Shown piece after piece: positions 61,333 through 64,000 of a stretch of DNA of 64,000 nt. The stretch comes from Dehalococcoidia bacterium (GTDB lineage Bacteria > Chloroflexota > Dehalococcoidia > Bin125), in the NCBI GenBank assembly GCA_965211635.1, contig OZ242948.1:28645-92644 (forward strand), read 5' to 3'. Each line of letters starts with the position of its first letter. Position 1 is the stretch's first letter. A model generated the notes under the pieces. That model made no database searches. It was not told where the DNA came from and saw nothing but the letters and a program-made list of their open reading frames with translations. A program made the translations under genes and the position numbers.

Positions 61333-64000
61333 TCAGGAGGCGGCGACTGCCTCGGTCGGCGCGCGCCAGCCGTGGAGAGCCAGCACATCGCGCAGAAATC
61401 GGCCGGTGTAGGACGCTTCCACGAGCGCCACTTCCTCCGGAGTGCCCGCCGCAATGACCTGGCCGCCGCGATCCCCACCCAGAGGACCCAGATCGATAAT
61501 CCAGTCGGCGTTCTTGATCACGTCGAGATGATGCTCGATCACGACGACCGTGTTGCCGCCTTCTACGAGCTGCTGCAACACCTGCAACAACGCTTCGACA
61601 TCGGAGAATGAGAGGCCGGTCGTCGGCTCGTCCAGCAGGTAGAGCGTGCGACCGGTCGAGCGTTTGGAGAGTTCGGTTGACAGCTTGACCCGTTGGGCCT
61701 CTCCGCCGGAGAGCGTGGTCGCTGGTTGTCCCAGCTTGATGTAGCCCAGCCCCACGTCCTGCAGCGTGCGCAGCTTTCGCGAGATCGCAGGGTGGGCATC
61801 AAACAGCGTTGACGCTTCGTCGACGGTCATGTTGAGCACGTCGGCGATCGTGCAATCCTTGTATCGAATCTCCAGCGCTTCTCGGTTGTAGCGGTCGCCG
61901 TGGCAGACTTCGCAGGGCACCGTGACGTCGGGTAGAAACTGCATCTCGATCGTGTTGTAGCCGTCGCCCTTGCAGGCCTCGCAGCGTCCGCCCTTGACGT
62001 TGAACGAGAATCGTCCCGGCTTGTAGCCGCGCATGCGCGATTCCGGCACGGAGGCGAACAGCTCGCGGACCGGAGTGAACAGGCCGGTGTAGGTCGCGGG
62101 ATTCGAGCGCGGGGTGCGGCCAATCGGCGATTGGTCGATGTCGATCACCTTGTCGATGGAGGCCAATCCCTGGAGTCCACGCATCGCGCCGGGCCGACGC
62201 CGCGCGCCATGCAACTGCTGAGCGGCCGAGGCGTGCAGAAGGTCATTGACCAGCGTGCTCTTGCCCGAGCCGGAGACGCCGGTCACGCAGATAAACGTGC
62301 CCAGCGGAAAAGTGGCGTCGATATCGCGCAGGTTGTGCTCGGAGGCGCCCAGCACCGTCAAATCGTCGCCATTGCCGGGCCGCCGTTGGGGCGGCATCGG
62401 AATCCGCCGCCGACCGCTCAGGTAGTCGCCGGTCATCGATCCATCGTGTTCCATGATCGCCGAGGGCGGACCCGAGGCGACGACTCGACCGCCGGCTTCA
62501 CCCGCCCCGGGGCCCATATCGACGATGTAGTCGGCGGCCCGCATCGTCGCCTCGTCGTGCTCGACGATCAGCACCGTGTTGCCCAGGTCGCGCAGGCGTT
62601 TGAGTGTGCGAATCAGCCGCTCGTCGTCGAGCGGATGCAAGCCGATCGATGGTTCGTCGCAGACATAGAGCACACCCATCAGCGACGAGCCGATCTGCGT
62701 CGCCAGGCGAATCCGCTGAGCTTCGCCTCCCGACAGCGTGGCCGCGGCGCGGTCCAGCGTGAGATAGTCGAGACCGACGTCCACCAGGAACGTGAGCCGC
62801 TCACGAATCTCCTTGAGGATCTGCGTCGCGATTGCCATTTCCCGCGGCGAGAGCGGCGTGTGCTCACCGCTCAGTCGATGCGCCCACAGCGACGCCTCCG
62901 ACACCGACATCCGCGTCACGTCAACGATCGAGCGTTCATCCACGCGAACGGCCAGCGACTCAGCCTTCAGCCGCGCGCCGCCGCAGGACGAGCAAGGCAC
63001 GGCTGTCATGTAGCGCTCAATCTCCGTTCGCGACCAGTCCGAGTCGGTCTCACGGTGGCGGCGGTCGAGGTTGTGAACCACGCCTTCGAATTGCGTCTCG
63101 TAGCGGCGATGTCGGCCGCGATGATTGACGAAGTCGACCACGATCGGCTCGGGCAGGCCGTAGAGGACGGCGTCGACCAGATCAGCCGGCAGGTCCTCGA
63201 AGGGAACGTCTGTCTCCGCGTCGAACTGCTCGAAGACCGCTTCCAGCATCCGCCGATGCCAGCCGGTGTGGGTGGTTGAGCGAGACCAGGGCGCGATCGC
63301 TCCGTTGTCCAGTGACTTCGAATGGTCCGGAATGATGAGCATCGGATCGACCTGCATCGTGATGCCGAGCCCGGTGCAGTCGGTACAAGCGCCATGCGGC
63401 GAGTTGAAGGAGAACGAGCGAGGTTCGATTTCGCCAAGCGCGAACATGTCGCGCGGACAAGCGAGTTGCTCGGAGAAGATCAGGTCGTCGTCGGAGTCGA
63501 GTGGGCGAATCCTCACGATCCCGTCACCCAGGCCGAGCGCCTGCTCGATCGAGTCGGCCAGGCGGTTGGCGAGGACGTTGCGCTCTTCCGCTTCGACCTC
63601 GGCCGCCGGCAGAGCGACCCGATCGATGATGACGTCGATCGTGTGGTTCTTGTTCTTCTCCAGCTCGATCTCATCGTCCAGCGAGAGCACTTCGCCATCG
63701 ACGCGAACGCGAACGAAGCCGCGTCCGCGGGCATCTTCGAACACGCCCTTGTGCTCGCCCTTGCGGTCGCGGATGACCGGGGCCATGATCATCAGCCGGC
63801 GGCTCTCGCCCAGCGACATCACCGCGTCGACCATCTGCTGGACGGTCTGCTGTGTGATCGGGTCGCCGCAGATTGGGCAATGCGGTCGGCCGGCCCGGGC
63901 GAAGAGCAGGCGCAGGTAGTCGTAGATTTCGGTCACCGTGCCGACGGTGGAACGCGGATTGCGAGAACCGGTCTTCTGATCGATTGAGATCGCCGGCGAG
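61333..64000 (-). CDS. uvrA: excinuclease ABC subunit A (N-terminus beyond the window end)
   Basis: The frame stays open to 64000: ..SPAISIDQKTGSRNPRSTVGTVTEIYDYLRLLFARAG. Contains LSGGEAQRIRLATQIGS, GVSGSGKSTLV and LSGGEAQRVKL. About 888 aa are present. Confidence 0.95.
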   Translation of the reverse strand, partial: SPAISIDQKTGSRNPRSTVGTVTEIYDYLRLLFARAGRPHCPICGDPITQQTVQQMVDAVMSLGESRRLMIMAPVIRDRKGEHKGVFEDARGRGFVRVRVDGEVLSLDDEIELEKNKNHTIDVIIDRVALPAAEVEAEERNVLANRLADSIEQALGLGDGIVRIRPLDSDDDLIFSEQLACPRDMFALGEIEPRSFSFNSPHGACTDCTGLGITMQVDPMLIIPDHSKSLDNGAIAPWSRSTTHTGWHRRMLEAVFEQFDAETDVPFEDLPADLVDAVLYGLPEPIVVDFVNHRGRHRRYETQFEGVVHNLDRRHRETDSDWSRTEIERYMTAVPCSSCGGARLKAESLAVRVDERSIVDVTRMSVSEASLWAHRLSGEHTPLSPREMAIATQILKEIRERLTFLVDVGLDYLTLDRAAATLSGGEAQRIRLATQIGSSLMGVLYVCDEPSIGLHPLDDERLIRTLKRLRDLGNTVLIVEHDEATMRAADYIVDMGPGAGEAGGRVVASGPPSAIMEHDGSMTGDYLSGRRRIPMPPQRRPGNGDDLTVLGASEHNLRDIDATFPLGTFICVTGVSGSGKSTLVNDLLHASAAQQLHGARRRPGAMRGLQGLASIDKVIDIDQSPIGRTPRSNPATYTGLFTPVRELFASVPESRMRGYKPGRFSFNVKGGRCEACKGDGYNTIEMQFLPDVTVPCEVCHGDRYNREALEIRYKDCTIADVLNMTVDEASTLFDAHPAISRKLRTLQDVGLGYIKLGQPATTLSGGEAQRVKLSTELSKRSTGRTLYLLDEPTTGLSFSDVEALLQVLQQLVEGGNTVVVIEHHLDVIKNADWIIDLGPLGGDRGGQVIAAGTPEEVALVEASYTGRFLRDVLALHGWRAPTEAVAAS

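Overview
High-GC (about 63-65% by eye) bacterial chromosomal segment, dominated by housekeeping genes. The 16S sequence and the REP-like intergenic palindromes remind me of Chloroflexota, but I cannot verify this without a search.

Gene content, in order:
- 1-16 kb: PAS-LuxR regulator, polysaccharide deacetylase, XerC/D-type recombinase, eno, uvrC, YqgE/AlgH, TlpA-like thioredoxin.
- 16-27 kb: vapBC, a split methylmalonyl-CoA mutase cluster (mutase large subunit, tandem-VOC epimerase, B12-binding subunit, MeaB), tilS.
- 27-35 kb: an rRNA locus, rpsA, clpC.
- 35-48 kb: a 14-blade RCC1-repeat surface protein, mreBCD-mrdA-rodA, ligA, hisHAFI.
- 48-64 kb: hicAB, rplU-rpmA-rpmE, ftsH, an NCS2-like permease, rnhB, yraN, two FmdB zinc-ribbon genes, hppA, glyQS, ferredoxin and a 5'-truncated uvrA.
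- RNA genes: eight tRNAs, one 16S and one 5S.

Most unusual observations:
1. A frameshifted DUF262 (ParB/GmrSD-like) + HNH-like + AlbA_2 fusion gene, possibly of lower GC than its flanks, sits antisense inside the mutase cluster. It is a candidate single-gene defence element with an architecture I do not recognise.
2. The rRNA locus reads 16S - tRNA-Ile - 0.5 kb decayed PIN/VapC-like remnant - 5S - terminator, with no 23S and no tRNA-Ala.
3. A hicA toxin gene is frameshifted so that it reads through into hicB.
4. An orphan, translationally coupled gene pair lies next to the recombinase gene.
5. A tRNA-flanked islet encodes a secreted protein with an internal ~130-aa duplication, behind an 0.86-kb gap with no convincing gene.
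6. Families of REP-like palindromes occur in intergenic regions, and their 3' flanks are tandemly amplified at two loci.

No CRISPR array, transposase, integrase-bounded island or prophage is visible. All calls come from reading the ORF translations and the nucleotide sequence. No database search was run.
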